Positions 1 to 10,212 of a stretch of DNA of 64,000 nucleotides are shown here, one piece after another (position 1 is the stretch's first letter; every line of letters starts with the position of its first letter). The notes beneath the pieces are model-generated. The model was not told the origin of the DNA. It was given only the letters and a program-made list of their open reading frames with translations, and did no database searches. The position numbers were made by a program, and so were the translations under genes. This DNA comes from a virus. The stretch is from IMG/VR virus record IMGVR_UViG_3300032246_003079. One strand, given 5' to 3'.

Positions 1-459
1 ATGAAAAATATTAATGAAGAAATAACAAATTTAAAATACTTGATGAAGTATGATAGGTCTTTAACACTAAATGAAAATGTTGAGTCTTTATCCGGTAATG
101 TCCCTGAAGAAGTTTTAAAAAAAATTGATGAGTACCAATCTACTCTTTGTAAAACAAACTCAAATTCATGTGTTGCTTGTGGTGATATGATGAGACAATT
201 ACCTACAGGTAAATTGAATGAGAAACAAATTGAGAAATGTTTAGAGTGTAATAAAAAGACCGGTAAAGATTATAACGACTGTAGTAAAATGAAAGGTATG
301 ATTTTAAATGCCAGTATAGAGTATCAAAAAGAAATGGAAGTAGCTGGCAGTGTTGAAAGAGGGGCTAATAAAATTACTATGGCTAGTTCTCTTTTGGCAA
401 CTTTAACCACAATATACTCACAAATAAAACAAATGTTTCAAAAAGAACCACAACAATAA
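1..459 (+). CDS. hypothetical protein with [ILV]xE-rich N-terminal leader and Cys-rich core (candidate virion-internal protein)
   Basis: 152 aa ORF. The N-terminus MKNINEEITNLKYLMKYDRSLTLNE resembles that of the 10540 protein (MKDNLHEEILRQLSLIRFDRGKTIIE). CxxC pairs present. Confidence 0.6.
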   Translation: MKNINEEITNLKYLMKYDRSLTLNENVESLSGNVPEEVLKKIDEYQSTLCKTNSNSCVACGDMMRQLPTGKLNEKQIEKCLECNKKTGKDYNDCSKMKGMILNASIEYQKEMEVAGSVERGANKITMASSLLATLTTIYSQIKQMFQKEPQQ

Positions 460-465
460 TTTATT

Positions 466-765
466 ATGAAAAGATATTTAAACGAAACCGATATAAGACG
501 AATAGTTAAACGAGTATTCTTAGAAAGAAATGAAGATTTAGAAATGGTTCCTGGTATTTCTTATAATAGAAATGCAGAATTAGTTGATGATGTAATTATG
601 AGAATCAAAGAGCATGGAGATGAATACATAAGAGCTCTTAATAAACTAAACATGGATTACCCAACTGAAAAATATAAAAGAATCCCTAGACCAACTAGAG
701 ATACTTTTGAATTACCTAAAGGCGTTAAAGTTAAAAGTTCCACATTCCCTAGCGAAGATTACTAA
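466..765 (+). CDS. hypothetical protein with MKRYLNETDIRRIVKRVFLE leader
   Basis: 99 aa ORF. Leader aligns by eye with MKRIVRLTESDLARIVRRVIKE of the 28464 and 29871 proteins. Confidence 0.65.
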   Translation: MKRYLNETDIRRIVKRVFLERNEDLEMVPGISYNRNAELVDDVIMRIKEHGDEYIRALNKLNMDYPTEKYKRIPRPTRDTFELPKGVKVKSSTFPSEDY

Positions 766-779
766 AATTCAATGTGGGT

Positions 780-1442
780 ATGGAAAAATCAACTATACTA
801 AAATTATTTAATCAATTTGAAGGGAATGTAGTAAATCTTCACGGGTTAGAATGTATTCCTGTTGGAGTTGGGGAAGAAATAATTTCAAAAAAACATAACA
901 AACCTTATTACCCAATAGAATTTAAAATAGAAAACCCAAATAATGTTTCTTATTTCTATTCGATTGTGGAAGAAGAACTTTTAGATATAGTTGAAGAGTT
1001 CGGAGAATATATAAATTATAAGTTTACTCCTGAAGTTTCATGGGACGATACTCCTAAATTTTATCTGAACAACGAAACAAAAAACAAAATACAAAAAGTT
1101 TTCGACTCTGTAAGAAAAATTGAATTTACAACAGGAACTCCATTTATTGGGTATGAAAGGTATGTTATTAATATAGAATCTTTTGGTTTGAAAACTGGTG
1201 GTTTTGATGGTGATACGTATGAGATTGAAAATAAAGTCGTTCCATTATCGGCAACTTTAAATGGTAAAAATGTTGATGTTAGAGATGCTGTTGAAGAATA
1301 TACAGATAATTATTTGCGTTATAAAGGGACTCATTACGAAACAGAAATGTATTATTTGAGTGTTGACTCAATATTAAATGTAGAACCTTTATTAACGGCA
1401 GATTGGATTGCAACATACTACAATACTCAATTTATCCTATAA
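780..1442 (+). CDS. hypothetical protein
   Basis: Long ORF in an operon-like run. ATG at 780 preferred over GTG at 774. Confidence 0.6.
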   Translation: MEKSTILKLFNQFEGNVVNLHGLECIPVGVGEEIISKKHNKPYYPIEFKIENPNNVSYFYSIVEEELLDIVEEFGEYINYKFTPEVSWDDTPKFYLNNETKNKIQKVFDSVRKIEFTTGTPFIGYERYVINIESFGLKTGGFDGDTYEIENKVVPLSATLNGKNVDVRDAVEEYTDNYLRYKGTHYETEMYYLSVDSILNVEPLLTADWIATYYNTQFIL

Positions 1443-2706
1443 CAGATTTACTTCGTTTTTTACGGTGAAAAGTAATTGCAAATCTGTGAACCTCATCTTG
1501 AATAGATGCTAACAAGTTAAAAAACTTATTTCTCTCAAATTTTATACTTTTACCATTAACAAAATGTAAATTTTCTGACTTGTGAGACGAGTTCTTACTA
1601 ATAGACACTAAATCCACTCTATCAAGTAGTGAAAGTTCCTCAAATACCCTCTTTGCTACGGATAATTGACCTTTACCCCCATCAATAATAACCAAATTAG
1701 GTAAAGTTTTACGTTCTTTAAGTAATCTTGTGAACCTTCTACGTAAAACCTCATCAAATGAAGCGTAATCATCAGGACCAATAACAGTTTTGATGTTGAA
1801 TTTACGGTATTCACTCTTGTTTTTCTTACCATTTGTGTATCTAACAAGTCCTGCAACCTGACAATCACCCATGGTATGGGAATTATCGTACATTTCTATG
1901 TCGATTGGGGTAAATTTAAACCCAAAACGAGTCTTAAAGTCATCTGCAATCACCAAATAACCACCAATTCTTGTTGATTCTACACATTTTTCATACTTAT
2001 CAAGAGCGTCCAATCTAAATTTGATGGTATTTGCTTGTTCAAACTCTAATTTTGAACTAAAATAGTTCATTTGACGTGTTAGTTTACGTCTAATAGTATC
2101 AAAATTAAACGATAATAACTGTTTAACGTCGTCAACAATCGATTTATAAACAAATTTATTGGTATTCGATATACATGGAGCATCACAACGACCCATGTGA
2201 TACTCTAAACAAGAAGAAAACTTACCATTTTTTACATTTTCAGGTGATAAATCATAAGAACATGAGCGTAAATTAAATATGTCGTGGATAGTATCGTATA
2301 TTTCATACGCCAAATTACTACTTGATACTTCTAAAAGAGGTGTTGAGTCTAAATTAGTGTCATTTTTGACCTCTAAACGTGGGAAATTACCATCAGATAG
2401 GGTAATATACCATTTTTTTGACCTATCATCCTTCAATTTAATGTTAAATTTAGGTTTATGAGTCTTAATTAAGTCATTTTCAAGTACAAGAGCGGAATTT
2501 TCGTCTAAAGTGGTCAAAAAATCGACATCTGCAACGTTTTCTACCAATAATTTGGTCTTATCTGAGTGTTTATTACCTGAAAAATACGATTTTACCCTAT
2601 TAGGAAGGTGTTTTGCCTTACCAACATAGATGATTTGACCTTTTTTGTCTTTAAAAAGGTAACAACCACTAGATTTTGGAATATTTTGAAGTTTTTGGGT
2701 CAACAT
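1432..2706 (-). CDS. uvrC: excinuclease ABC subunit C-like protein (GIY-YIG + UVR + RNase H-like domains, no C-terminal HhH)
   Basis: GCYLFKD...IIYVGKAKHLPNRVKSYF (GIY-YIG), Cys cluster CLEYHMGRCDAPC, DNSH, YRKFNIK, DDYASF, PNLVIIDGGKGQL, DEVHRFAITFHR. Confidence 0.92.
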   Translation of the reverse strand: MLTQKLQNIPKSSGCYLFKDKKGQIIYVGKAKHLPNRVKSYFSGNKHSDKTKLLVENVADVDFLTTLDENSALVLENDLIKTHKPKFNIKLKDDRSKKWYITLSDGNFPRLEVKNDTNLDSTPLLEVSSSNLAYEIYDTIHDIFNLRSCSYDLSPENVKNGKFSSCLEYHMGRCDAPCISNTNKFVYKSIVDDVKQLLSFNFDTIRRKLTRQMNYFSSKLEFEQANTIKFRLDALDKYEKCVESTRIGGYLVIADDFKTRFGFKFTPIDIEMYDNSHTMGDCQVAGLVRYTNGKKNKSEYRKFNIKTVIGPDDYASFDEVLRRRFTRLLKERKTLPNLVIIDGGKGQLSVAKRVFEELSLLDRVDLVSISKNSSHKSENLHFVNGKSIKFERNKFFNLLASIQDEVHRFAITFHRKKRSKSVIG

Positions 2707-2711
2707 TATTA

Positions 2712-2719
2712 CAAATATA
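2712..2719 (-). promoter_or_regulatory. Bacteroidota sigmaA-type -7 element (TATATTTG) 5 nt upstream of the uvrC ATG
   Basis: Matches TAnnTTTG. No correctly spaced -33 TTTG seen. Confidence 0.45.
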
Positions 2720-2758
2720 ATAATTTATCAAAAATAAAAAAAGAAACTATTTATAATT

Positions 2759-3307
2759 ATGAAATTTATTATCACAGAATCGCAATATAAAATTTTATTG
2801 GAAAATATACCAGCAATTGACGATATTTTAGATAAAATGAGTAAAGTGGGTTATGAAAATTTGAACTCACAAGAAAAATCAACATTAAACAAATATTCTG
2901 AACATTTGAAATCGGGTCAAAGGGGTGAGTTTGTAATCGATGAACCAAATGATAATCAGGAAATTGATGACAAATCAGGCGAAACTTGGGAAACAGAGTT
3001 GGCCGATAAAAGCATTTTTTCATTTCAATTTGACTACGATGAAGAGGACATGGGAGTTAAAATGTTGTTTGGAACTGTAATGTGGGATAATAGAGAATGG
3101 ATAGGGTGTATTGTAGTTGATGAAGACAATACCTTGGGTATGTTAGATTTTGTTGAAGACACTGGTGATTATTTAACTTATGATGAAAACGACCCATCTT
3201 CAAAACCACAAGGAGATGAAGGAGTGTTTTTAAGCGATGAACTTGGTCAACTTATCGACGAAGTTGAATATTTTGTTGAAGATAAAATTATTCCTGATTT
3301 AATTTAA
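2759..3307 (+). CDS. acidic hypothetical protein with MKFIITESQYKILLE leader
   Basis: 182 aa ORF. TATTTAT at 2748-2754, 4 nt before ATG. IDDILDKMSKVGYENL segment. Confidence 0.65.
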   Translation: MKFIITESQYKILLENIPAIDDILDKMSKVGYENLNSQEKSTLNKYSEHLKSGQRGEFVIDEPNDNQEIDDKSGETWETELADKSIFSFQFDYDEEDMGVKMLFGTVMWDNREWIGCIVVDEDNTLGMLDFVEDTGDYLTYDENDPSSKPQGDEGVFLSDELGQLIDEVEYFVEDKIIPDLI

Positions 3308-3908
3308 TCAATTTGTTTTCTTTTAAATAATCAAACAAGGATTTTGCAAGTTTTTTTCCAAATTTAATATCTGAAGGGTAATGGGCTTTTGCCATTTGTC
3401 TAGAAAAAACAATATCTTCAGTTACTTTTAATAATTCTTTTTTCAAATTTGGATATAGTTCAGATAAAACATAATATAATAAGTGAGATTGTGTTGAATG
3501 ACCTGATGGGTATGCAAAACCTTCCATTGATTTTAATAATCTATCATTCAATTTACTATCTAACCTGAAAGGTCTTGGTCTTTTATAAAATAATTTAAGT
3601 TCTAAAATTATTTTTCGTACATCCTTGGATAATTTATTAACAAGTTTTTTTTCATTTATTCCGTGTTTTTTTAATAATTCAATAAAATTACCCTCAATAT
3701 CATCTTTTTTTTGAACAAATTTTTGTTTCAAATCAATACTCTTTAAAAACTCAATTTCTTTTTTTGTTTCTGAACCATCATCCGATGGTGGTGGAAAATT
3801 TTTGAACTCATCAATGTCAAACTTATCAAATATAGAATTAGACATATTTATTGATTCAGTAATATTCATCAATTTTTGGATTCTATACACTTCTTTTAAT
3901 AACGACAT
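3288..3908 (-). CDS. PAP2 / acid phosphatase-haloperoxidase family protein with leader
   Basis: KLFYKRPRP, AYPSGHS and SRQMAKAHYPSD are the three PAP2 motifs. Start reassigned to ATG 3908 (MSLLKEVYRIQKLMNITE). Confidence 0.85.
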   Translation of the reverse strand: MSLLKEVYRIQKLMNITESINMSNSIFDKFDIDEFKNFPPPSDDGSETKKEIEFLKSIDLKQKFVQKKDDIEGNFIELLKKHGINEKKLVNKLSKDVRKIILELKLFYKRPRPFRLDSKLNDRLLKSMEGFAYPSGHSTQSHLLYYVLSELYPNLKKELLKVTEDIVFSRQMAKAHYPSDIKFGKKLAKSLFDYLKENKLIKLNQE

Positions 3909-3919
3909 ATTTATAAATA
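3908..3919. promoter_or_regulatory. palindromic TATTTATAAATA, a candidate bidirectional late promoter for divergent genes
   Basis: Perfect 12-bp palindrome with TATTTAT on both strands, between the PAP2 gene (-) and the 3935 gene (+). Confidence 0.45.
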
Positions 3920-3934
3920 TAAAATAAAAAATAT

Positions 3935-4429
3935 ATGATAACAAAAAAACAACTATTAAGTAGAAAATTAAACATAAAAAATCTTATGAGTGAACAAGAA
4001 ATGGAAGATTTTGAAATGGAAGATTTTGAAATGGAAGATGAATTAATGGGTGACGAGGGTGTATCGGGTGATTTTTCAAAATTAGCCTCAATTCTTCTTC
4101 ACTCACAAACACAAGTACACACACTACATTTACAAACACAATCTTATTCAGAACATAAAGCAACACAAAAATATTATGAAGGTGTGGATTCATTGGTTGA
4201 TGGTTTGATTGAATCCTACCAAGGAAAATATGGTATTGTAAAAGGATATGAAACGATGAAAATACAAGATTGGCAAAGTACTGAAAAAACTTGTGAATAC
4301 ATGAAAAATTTATGTAAACAAGTTGACAACTTAAGAGATTGTTGTGAGGATTCATATTTACAAAATCAAATTGATGCAATAATTGAGTTAATAAACTCGA
4401 CAATATATAAACTAAGATTTTTAAAATAA
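3935..4429 (+). CDS. ferritin/Dps-like four-helix protein of T4-like phages (DUF5856-like)
   Basis: HTLHLQTQSYSEHKA...YYEGVDSLVDGLIESYQGKYG...LQNQIDAIIELINSTIYKLRFLK. Acidic N-terminal extension with MEDFE repeats. Confidence 0.7.
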   Translation: MITKKQLLSRKLNIKNLMSEQEMEDFEMEDFEMEDELMGDEGVSGDFSKLASILLHSQTQVHTLHLQTQSYSEHKATQKYYEGVDSLVDGLIESYQGKYGIVKGYETMKIQDWQSTEKTCEYMKNLCKQVDNLRDCCEDSYLQNQIDAIIELINSTIYKLRFLK

Positions 4430-4435
4430 AAAAAA

Positions 4436-5113
4436 ATGAAAAGAAGAATTGAATTTACATTAAATGAGGCTCAACTAAGCCAATTAATTAAAAAAATGGT
4501 ACGTGAGGCAAAAGATGAAATGGAAGACGAAATGTCTATGAAAATGGATTTTAAAGATAGAGGGGGTAATTTTGACATTATGGGAGCAGCAAAAAAAGTA
4601 TCTAAATTATTTGGAGAGATGATTGCCCCTGAAATGGACGATGAAGAACTAAGTGATTTATCAAGAATGGCTTCACGAATTAATATTGATAGAGTTGTAG
4701 ATAAATTGGAAAATAGCGTAGACGAAGAACTATCAGATAGAGAAGAAAAAGCATCAGAAAAAATTGAAGACATTATTGGGGTAGTATCTGAATCTTACTT
4801 ATTTGAAGGAAAATTTGATAGAATCAAATCAATTATTGCAAGAGCAAATATTTTTGGTGGTGTTGGTTTATTGGGAGTTGCTGGTTTAGCATTTATATCT
4901 CAAATTCCAGGACACGTTGATTTTGAATTTTTAGATAATGTATACGACATTGTTCAAAGTTCTGGTTGTTCTAGATATTGTGGTCCATTTGCATTTTATA
5001 TTGCAGTATTAGGTGTTATTATGTACTTTAAGGGTAGAGCATCAAAAGATTATCTTGAAGATGAAAAGGCCTCAAGAAGAAGAGGTGGAATGGATGAAAG
5101 ATATTTCTATTAA
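4436..5113 (+). CDS. membrane protein with leader MKRRIEFTLNEAQLSQLIKKMVRE
   Basis: 225 aa. Two hydrophobic segments near the C-terminus. Confidence 0.6.
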   Translation: MKRRIEFTLNEAQLSQLIKKMVREAKDEMEDEMSMKMDFKDRGGNFDIMGAAKKVSKLFGEMIAPEMDDEELSDLSRMASRINIDRVVDKLENSVDEELSDREEKASEKIEDIIGVVSESYLFEGKFDRIKSIIARANIFGGVGLLGVAGLAFISQIPGHVDFEFLDNVYDIVQSSGCSRYCGPFAFYIAVLGVIMYFKGRASKDYLEDEKASRRRGGMDERYFY

Positions 5114-5430
5114 TTTAGGTAATCTTTTAAAATTTTAAGAATTACAACGATTTCTTCTTTTTCCTCATCAGTAACTAATTTGATATTTTTATATTTCACC
5201 ATGTATAACCAACAAACAAAAAAGTGAAATAAAACTGAAAATAATAAAATTCCAAAACTGAAACCAAAAATTAAAATTTGAGGAACAATAACGGTTAAAA
5301 AAGAAAAAACAAAATTTAAAGTATCGTCATTTAAAAGTTTAAAAAACTTATAAGTGGCGATTACTTTTTTTAGACGTTTTTTTGGATAGTTTTTATAAAC
5401 TTCGGCTTCTTTTTGTGGTGTAGTGTTCAT
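5110..5430 (-). CDS. small membrane protein
   Basis: 106 aa with two hydrophobic helices. Preceded by a host-type promoter. Confidence 0.6.
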   Translation of the reverse strand: MNTTPQKEAEVYKNYPKKRLKKVIATYKFFKLLNDDTLNFVFSFLTVIVPQILIFGFSFGILLFSVLFHFFVCWLYMVKYKNIKLVTDEEKEEIVVILKILKDYLN

Positions 5431-5447
5431 AGATTAATTTATTTATA

Positions 5448-5478
5448 CAAAAATAAACTTTTTTTATTAATCTACAAA
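5448..5478 (-). promoter_or_regulatory. Bacteroidota housekeeping-sigma promoter (TTTG-N19-TATTTTTG)
   Basis: -33 TTTG at 5475-5478 and -7 TAnnTTTG at 5448-5455, 19 nt spacer. Confidence 0.6.
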
Positions 5479-5481
5479 TTT

Positions 5482-6162
5482 TTAAGAACAATAACTTAAA
5501 TCATAAGTAAAGTGCCAAGATTCGCTTTTGTTTTCACCCCAACACCAACCATATTTTTTTCCGTGTTCTTTAGCAAATTTTTGCCACTCTGAGTCAAAAA
5601 TATCAACAGATTCACCCCAACCGTGATTAGATGTGCCAGGATAAGAAATAGTAATATTTTCAGTTTCTTTTTTTATAGGTTTTCCTGTTTTTATACATTT
5701 ATTCCAATCAAATTTATTCCATTGAACCGAATATGGTCTATATGAATCAGTAAAATCTTTTATTTTTCTACCATACTTTTGTATAAATTTATCTTCTAAT
5801 TTGTCAAAGTTTTTTGCCGCCTCAACACTTAGTTGGTGCTCTGTGTGATGTTTTAAAGTTTGTAATTCAGAAGAACTTAACTCACCATTTTTTTTACCAT
5901 TTTTAGATAAGTGTGACCAAGATTTACATTTTCCTTTTGCGGGAAAAGTCTCAAGTTTTGAAATTTCTTCTACTTCATCATCAGTCACCTCTCCAAAATT
6001 TTCAACATCTGACACAGTCAGTGGTTCATTTTCATCATAATCATAACCTATTGGCTCCTCACCCTCAACTGGAGGTGTTGCAACATAAAAGCCTGAGTAT
6101 CTACCCAACCCTTGTTCTTTTATTGTATCAACAAGACTACCAAGTAACTTTAACTTCGTCAT
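5482..6162 (-). CDS. M15 family D-Ala-D-Ala carboxypeptidase-like peptidoglycan peptidase (VanY-like)
   Basis: DSYRPY, YPGTSNHGWGESVD and ESWH zinc/catalytic motifs. N-terminal leader ending TIKE. TATTTAT at 6168-6174. Confidence 0.82.
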   Translation of the reverse strand: MTKLKLLGSLVDTIKEQGLGRYSGFYVATPPVEGEEPIGYDYDENEPLTVSDVENFGEVTDDEVEEISKLETFPAKGKCKSWSHLSKNGKKNGELSSSELQTLKHHTEHQLSVEAAKNFDKLEDKFIQKYGRKIKDFTDSYRPYSVQWNKFDWNKCIKTGKPIKKETENITISYPGTSNHGWGESVDIFDSEWQKFAKEHGKKYGWCWGENKSESWHFTYDLSYCS

Positions 6163-6263
6163 ATAAAATAAATATACAGATACACGATATAATAAAAAAT
6201 TGACTGTAAAAGAAAATTGTCTATTTTTTAATATAACATAAAATCTATTTATAAATAAAAACT

Positions 6264-8720
6264 ATGAAGTTCATTACATTAATTTTTTCCCTTATCACAT
6301 TTATTGCGTTTTCACAATATTGTCCTCTCATCGGACCTGACTTAAATCTTCCTTGTGGTGTAACTCAAACCACTCTAACCGCAGACCTTTCACAGTGTGG
6401 TCAAGGAGCAAACCCAAATTCGACATCAAACTATAATGTGAGTCAAATTCCATTTGTTAATCAAACTAATAATGGAACTTTGGTTCAATTAACTGATGAT
6501 TCTCAATCAGGAGTATTCAATATTGGATTTACTTTTTGTTTTTATGGTCAAACATACACTCAATTTAGAATTGGGTCTAATGGTTGGGTATCATTAGGCG
6601 CTGGGGTTCAACCTTTTACATTTGCATCACTAGCAATTCCAACACCAAACGCCGCAGTTCCTAAAAATTGTATTATGGGTCCTTGGCAAGATTGGAATCC
6701 TGGTATTGGAGGTCAAATTAGATATCAAGTTCAAGGAGTTGCTCCATGTAGAAAGTTAGTGGTTAGTTGGGTTGGTGTTCCTATGTTTTCTTGTACTAAC
6801 TTACAAGGTACTTTTCATATCGTATTATACGAGTCTACAAATGTTATTGAAAACTATATTGCAAACAAGCCAAATTGTCCTCAGTGGGCGGGTGGAACTG
6901 CAGTTCAGGGTATTCATAATCCTACAGGAACACAAGGAGTGACAGTTGCAGGTCGAAACTCAACTCAATGGACAACAATTAACGACGCAAGACAATATAC
7001 ACCTTCAGGACCTGTAGTTCAGCCTGTTTTAACTTGGTATCAAGTTGGAAATCCTGTATCTATTGGAACAGGTCAAAGTATAACCGTAACCCCTCCTCTT
7101 GGTGGAGCATATTATACTTGTAAATTAGAATATGGACCTTGTAATGCGGGTTGGTCTACTTGTAACCAACAAGGAGTTGGTTTAGGTCCTGATACAATAC
7201 ATGTGGTACCTACACCAGTTTTACCAACACCAAACATTGTGGTAACAAATCCACTTTGTAATGATAGTTGTAATGGTTCTGCATCTGTTGTACCTGTTGG
7301 TGGTGTTGGCCCTTTTATAATAAATTGGAATGGATTAGGTAATACTTTAACTTTAAATAATTTATGTGAAGGTACATATAATTTTACTTTAACAGATGCA
7401 AATAACTGTAATTTCAACGGGTCTGCAACTTTGATTGACCCAGCATCATTACTCTCACCAACAATAACACCAACCAATCCAACATGTTTTGGGTATTGTA
7501 ATGGTTCGGCAGTTGTAAACCCAATTGATGGTATTGCTCCATATACCTTTTTATGGTCTAATAATCAAAACACTCAAAACTCAACAAATCTTTGTTCGGG
7601 TAATTATTCCGTTTTGGTAATTGATGCCAATAATTGCCCTGCAACTCAAACAACAGTTTTAAATGACCCACCACAAGTTATAATCAATCCTATTACAGGT
7701 TCTGATACGGTGTGTTTTAACTCATTACTAAATCAATATAATGTTTCTAGTCCAACACTAAATTTAACATATAACTGGTCGACATTAGTTGGAAACATTT
7801 CTCAAGGACAAGGAACCAACCAAATTAATTTAGATGTAAATGGCGTTAATAGTGGATTATACACAAATTTATTAACTGTGATTGGTGAAAATCAAATTGG
7901 GTGTCAAAGTCAACCACAAACTTTTACAGTTTATGTTTTAAATATTTTTCCTCAAATAACACCTGTTGGTCCTTTTTGTGAATACGATAATTGTATTAAT
8001 TTAATTGCAACACCTTCAAACGGTATTTTCGCTGGATTAAATGTATGGGGAGGAGAATATTGTCCTGATAATGGGTTTATTGGTGTTGATACTGTTTCTT
8101 ACGCTTATAATCAATCGGGATGTTGGTTTTTTGATTCAATTCAAGTTCAAGTTTATCCAAGACCAAATTTAATACCTGTAACAAATGGTACTATTGGTGA
8201 AAACACTGAGTACCATCAGATATGTCAAGGAGATACGATTACAGATGTATTCGGGGCGAACTCAGCGAGTGGAGGGTATAACGAGTGGTACTATTTTGGT
8301 GATACAACACAAGCACAAAATCTAAACATAACTTGGAATCAAGATGGTATATTTCAATTTCAAGTTGTTAGATGGGATAATGGTTGTGTATCTAATCCTG
8401 AAAACTTTATAGTGACCTTGGAGTTATGTCCAAATGAAATTTTTTATATTCCAAATACATTCACTCCTGATAATGACGAATATAATCAGTATTTCCAACC
8501 TATTATAACTTCGGGAGTCGATGTACATCAATTTCACTTTTTAATATATAATAGATGGGGTGAAACTGTATGGGAAAGTTTTGATACTAAAGCAAAATGG
8601 GATGGAACATATAATAATGTAAGATGCCAAGATGGTGTATATACTTGGGTAATGAGATTTGGGGTTCCTGAAACTGACGAAATAAAAGAATACTATGGAT
8701 ATATTCAAATTCTAAAATAG
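6264..8720 (+). CDS. secreted adhesin-like protein with SprB-like repeats and T9SS type B (gliding-motility/CHU_C) C-terminal sorting domain
   Basis: Signal peptide MKFITLIFSLITFIAFSQ. SprB-like repeats (NPTCFGYCNGSA...GIAPYTFLWSN...NLCSGNYSVLVIDANNC). C-terminus FYIPNTFTPDND...IYNRWGE...WDGTYN...DGVYTW...GYIQILK. Confidence 0.85.
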   Translation: MKFITLIFSLITFIAFSQYCPLIGPDLNLPCGVTQTTLTADLSQCGQGANPNSTSNYNVSQIPFVNQTNNGTLVQLTDDSQSGVFNIGFTFCFYGQTYTQFRIGSNGWVSLGAGVQPFTFASLAIPTPNAAVPKNCIMGPWQDWNPGIGGQIRYQVQGVAPCRKLVVSWVGVPMFSCTNLQGTFHIVLYESTNVIENYIANKPNCPQWAGGTAVQGIHNPTGTQGVTVAGRNSTQWTTINDARQYTPSGPVVQPVLTWYQVGNPVSIGTGQSITVTPPLGGAYYTCKLEYGPCNAGWSTCNQQGVGLGPDTIHVVPTPVLPTPNIVVTNPLCNDSCNGSASVVPVGGVGPFIINWNGLGNTLTLNNLCEGTYNFTLTDANNCNFNGSATLIDPASLLSPTITPTNPTCFGYCNGSAVVNPIDGIAPYTFLWSNNQNTQNSTNLCSGNYSVLVIDANNCPATQTTVLNDPPQVIINPITGSDTVCFNSLLNQYNVSSPTLNLTYNWSTLVGNISQGQGTNQINLDVNGVNSGLYTNLLTVIGENQIGCQSQPQTFTVYVLNIFPQITPVGPFCEYDNCINLIATPSNGIFAGLNVWGGEYCPDNGFIGVDTVSYAYNQSGCWFFDSIQVQVYPRPNLIPVTNGTIGENTEYHQICQGDTITDVFGANSASGGYNEWYYFGDTTQAQNLNITWNQDGIFQFQVVRWDNGCVSNPENFIVTLELCPNEIFYIPNTFTPDNDEYNQYFQPIITSGVDVHQFHFLIYNRWGETVWESFDTKAKWDGTYNNVRCQDGVYTWVMRFGVPETDEIKEYYGYIQILK

Positions 8721-8757
8721 ATTTTGTAGTATTACACTGAGCTAAGTATTTATTGTT

Positions 8758-9438
8758 ATGAGTAAATTAAATCCTGAATTAAAAAAGGGGGATAGAATTG
8801 TTCTTGCCTATATGGATGGAGAAACATTAGGTCCGGGAACTAAAGGTGAAGTATTAGGAATTTCTAAAACCCCAAGTTTTGGAGGTAAAGAATCTTATCA
8901 ATATAATGTTCAATGGTTTGATGAAGACGGAAACCCTATTAGTAAATTAAGTTTACTTCCTGAAACAGATGCTTGGATTTATGATAAAGAATCTAACATT
9001 GAAAATATTCAAGAAATTGATTTTAAAAATATTGATGATTTAATTTCAAAAGGTGATTTTCTTGCCGTTTTTTCTAAAAAAGATTTAGAAAAAGTTTATG
9101 AGTTTTTAGAACTTGAAAGACAAATTGGTTCTCACAACATGGCAATGGAAGGGGGTAAGTTTTTATTGATGGGGCCTGATTATATACGGGACTTTTTCAA
9201 GTTACAAAGTTATCACATAAAACCAGATAAGGAAAAAGAAATACTTATTAAAAGACTCATCAATCGTTCAGAGGATATTTATAATTTGTTTATAAGAGCT
9301 TCTATGGAATACCTCGATAACAAAGAAATAAAATATAGTCTAAAAGACGTACAAAAAACTATGGTTAGATTAGCAACAACAGCCAAACAGTTTTGGATGT
9401 CTGAAGCAAATAAATTTTTAAATAAAGAAATAGAATGA
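8758..9438 (+). CDS. hypothetical protein (SH3-like N-terminal domain possible)
   Basis: 226 aa. LKKGDRIVL...GTKGEV...YNVQW. TATTTAT 4 nt before ATG. Confidence 0.6.
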   Translation: MSKLNPELKKGDRIVLAYMDGETLGPGTKGEVLGISKTPSFGGKESYQYNVQWFDEDGNPISKLSLLPETDAWIYDKESNIENIQEIDFKNIDDLISKGDFLAVFSKKDLEKVYEFLELERQIGSHNMAMEGGKFLLMGPDYIRDFFKLQSYHIKPDKEKEILIKRLINRSEDIYNLFIRASMEYLDNKEIKYSLKDVQKTMVRLATTAKQFWMSEANKFLNKEIE

Positions 9439-9905
9439 GAGGACCAGTTAAACTTTCAGATAATGAAAAACAAGATATTATAAGACAACATTCTTCAGTT
9501 TATGATGGATATGCAACACAAAATGTTAATGGTAATATGTATCCATTAACAGTGTATGATGATAGAAAAGACTTAAACGGAGTAACTGTAACAAACAACA
9601 ATACAGTTAAAGTTTATCAAAATCATAAAATAAATGAAATTACGGCAAAACCATTAAATTATGATGAAATTGAGCCGGCTTATGATTTTGAATCAGGAGG
9701 ACCTCAACAGTCAATGACTTTTTATAATGTTAATAATCAAAAACCAGCATACAGATTTAAATCAAAAGGACCTGTAGATGTTTTTGAATTAGAAGATAAT
9801 GAAGAATTTGATGACTTAGTGGATGACGATGAAGATTTACAAAATAAAATTGATAATATAGAAGAATCTGTAAAACGTGTAATAAATTTTTATATAAATA
9901 AATAA
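9435..9905 (+). CDS. hypothetical protein
   Basis: 156 aa, 4-nt ATGA overlap with the upstream gene. Leader-like KLSDNEKQDIIRQH. Confidence 0.6.
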   Translation: MRGPVKLSDNEKQDIIRQHSSVYDGYATQNVNGNMYPLTVYDDRKDLNGVTVTNNNTVKVYQNHKINEITAKPLNYDEIEPAYDFESGGPQQSMTFYNVNNQKPAYRFKSKGPVDVFELEDNEEFDDLVDDDEDLQNKIDNIEESVKRVINFYINK

Positions 9906-9906
9906 A

Positions 9907-10212
9907 ATGGAAGTTTTCGAGGTAATATCACATCATATTGATAAAGTTCAAAATTTAATTAATGTTGAATTTAGACTTATTGATGATGAGGATGAAGTTG
10001 TTAGAGAAGATGTTATTGAATATAGTTTTTTTGAGGAGTTTGGTTACGATAAAACCAAAAATTTAAACATATATGAATCCATATCTGAAGAGTTGGATGA
10101 GTGGGAAAATGATGATTATGATTATATAACTAATGAAGATGAACTAATTAGTTTTCTTAATGAATATTATATTATATACCCCAAAAAATTCCCAAAACAA
10201 CAATTTAAATGA
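9907..10212 (+). CDS. acidic hypothetical protein
   Basis: 101 aa, tightly coupled in the operon. Confidence 0.6.
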   Translation: MEVFEVISHHIDKVQNLINVEFRLIDDEDEVVREDVIEYSFFEEFGYDKTKNLNIYESISEELDEWENDDYDYITNEDELISFLNEYYIIYPKKFPKQQFK

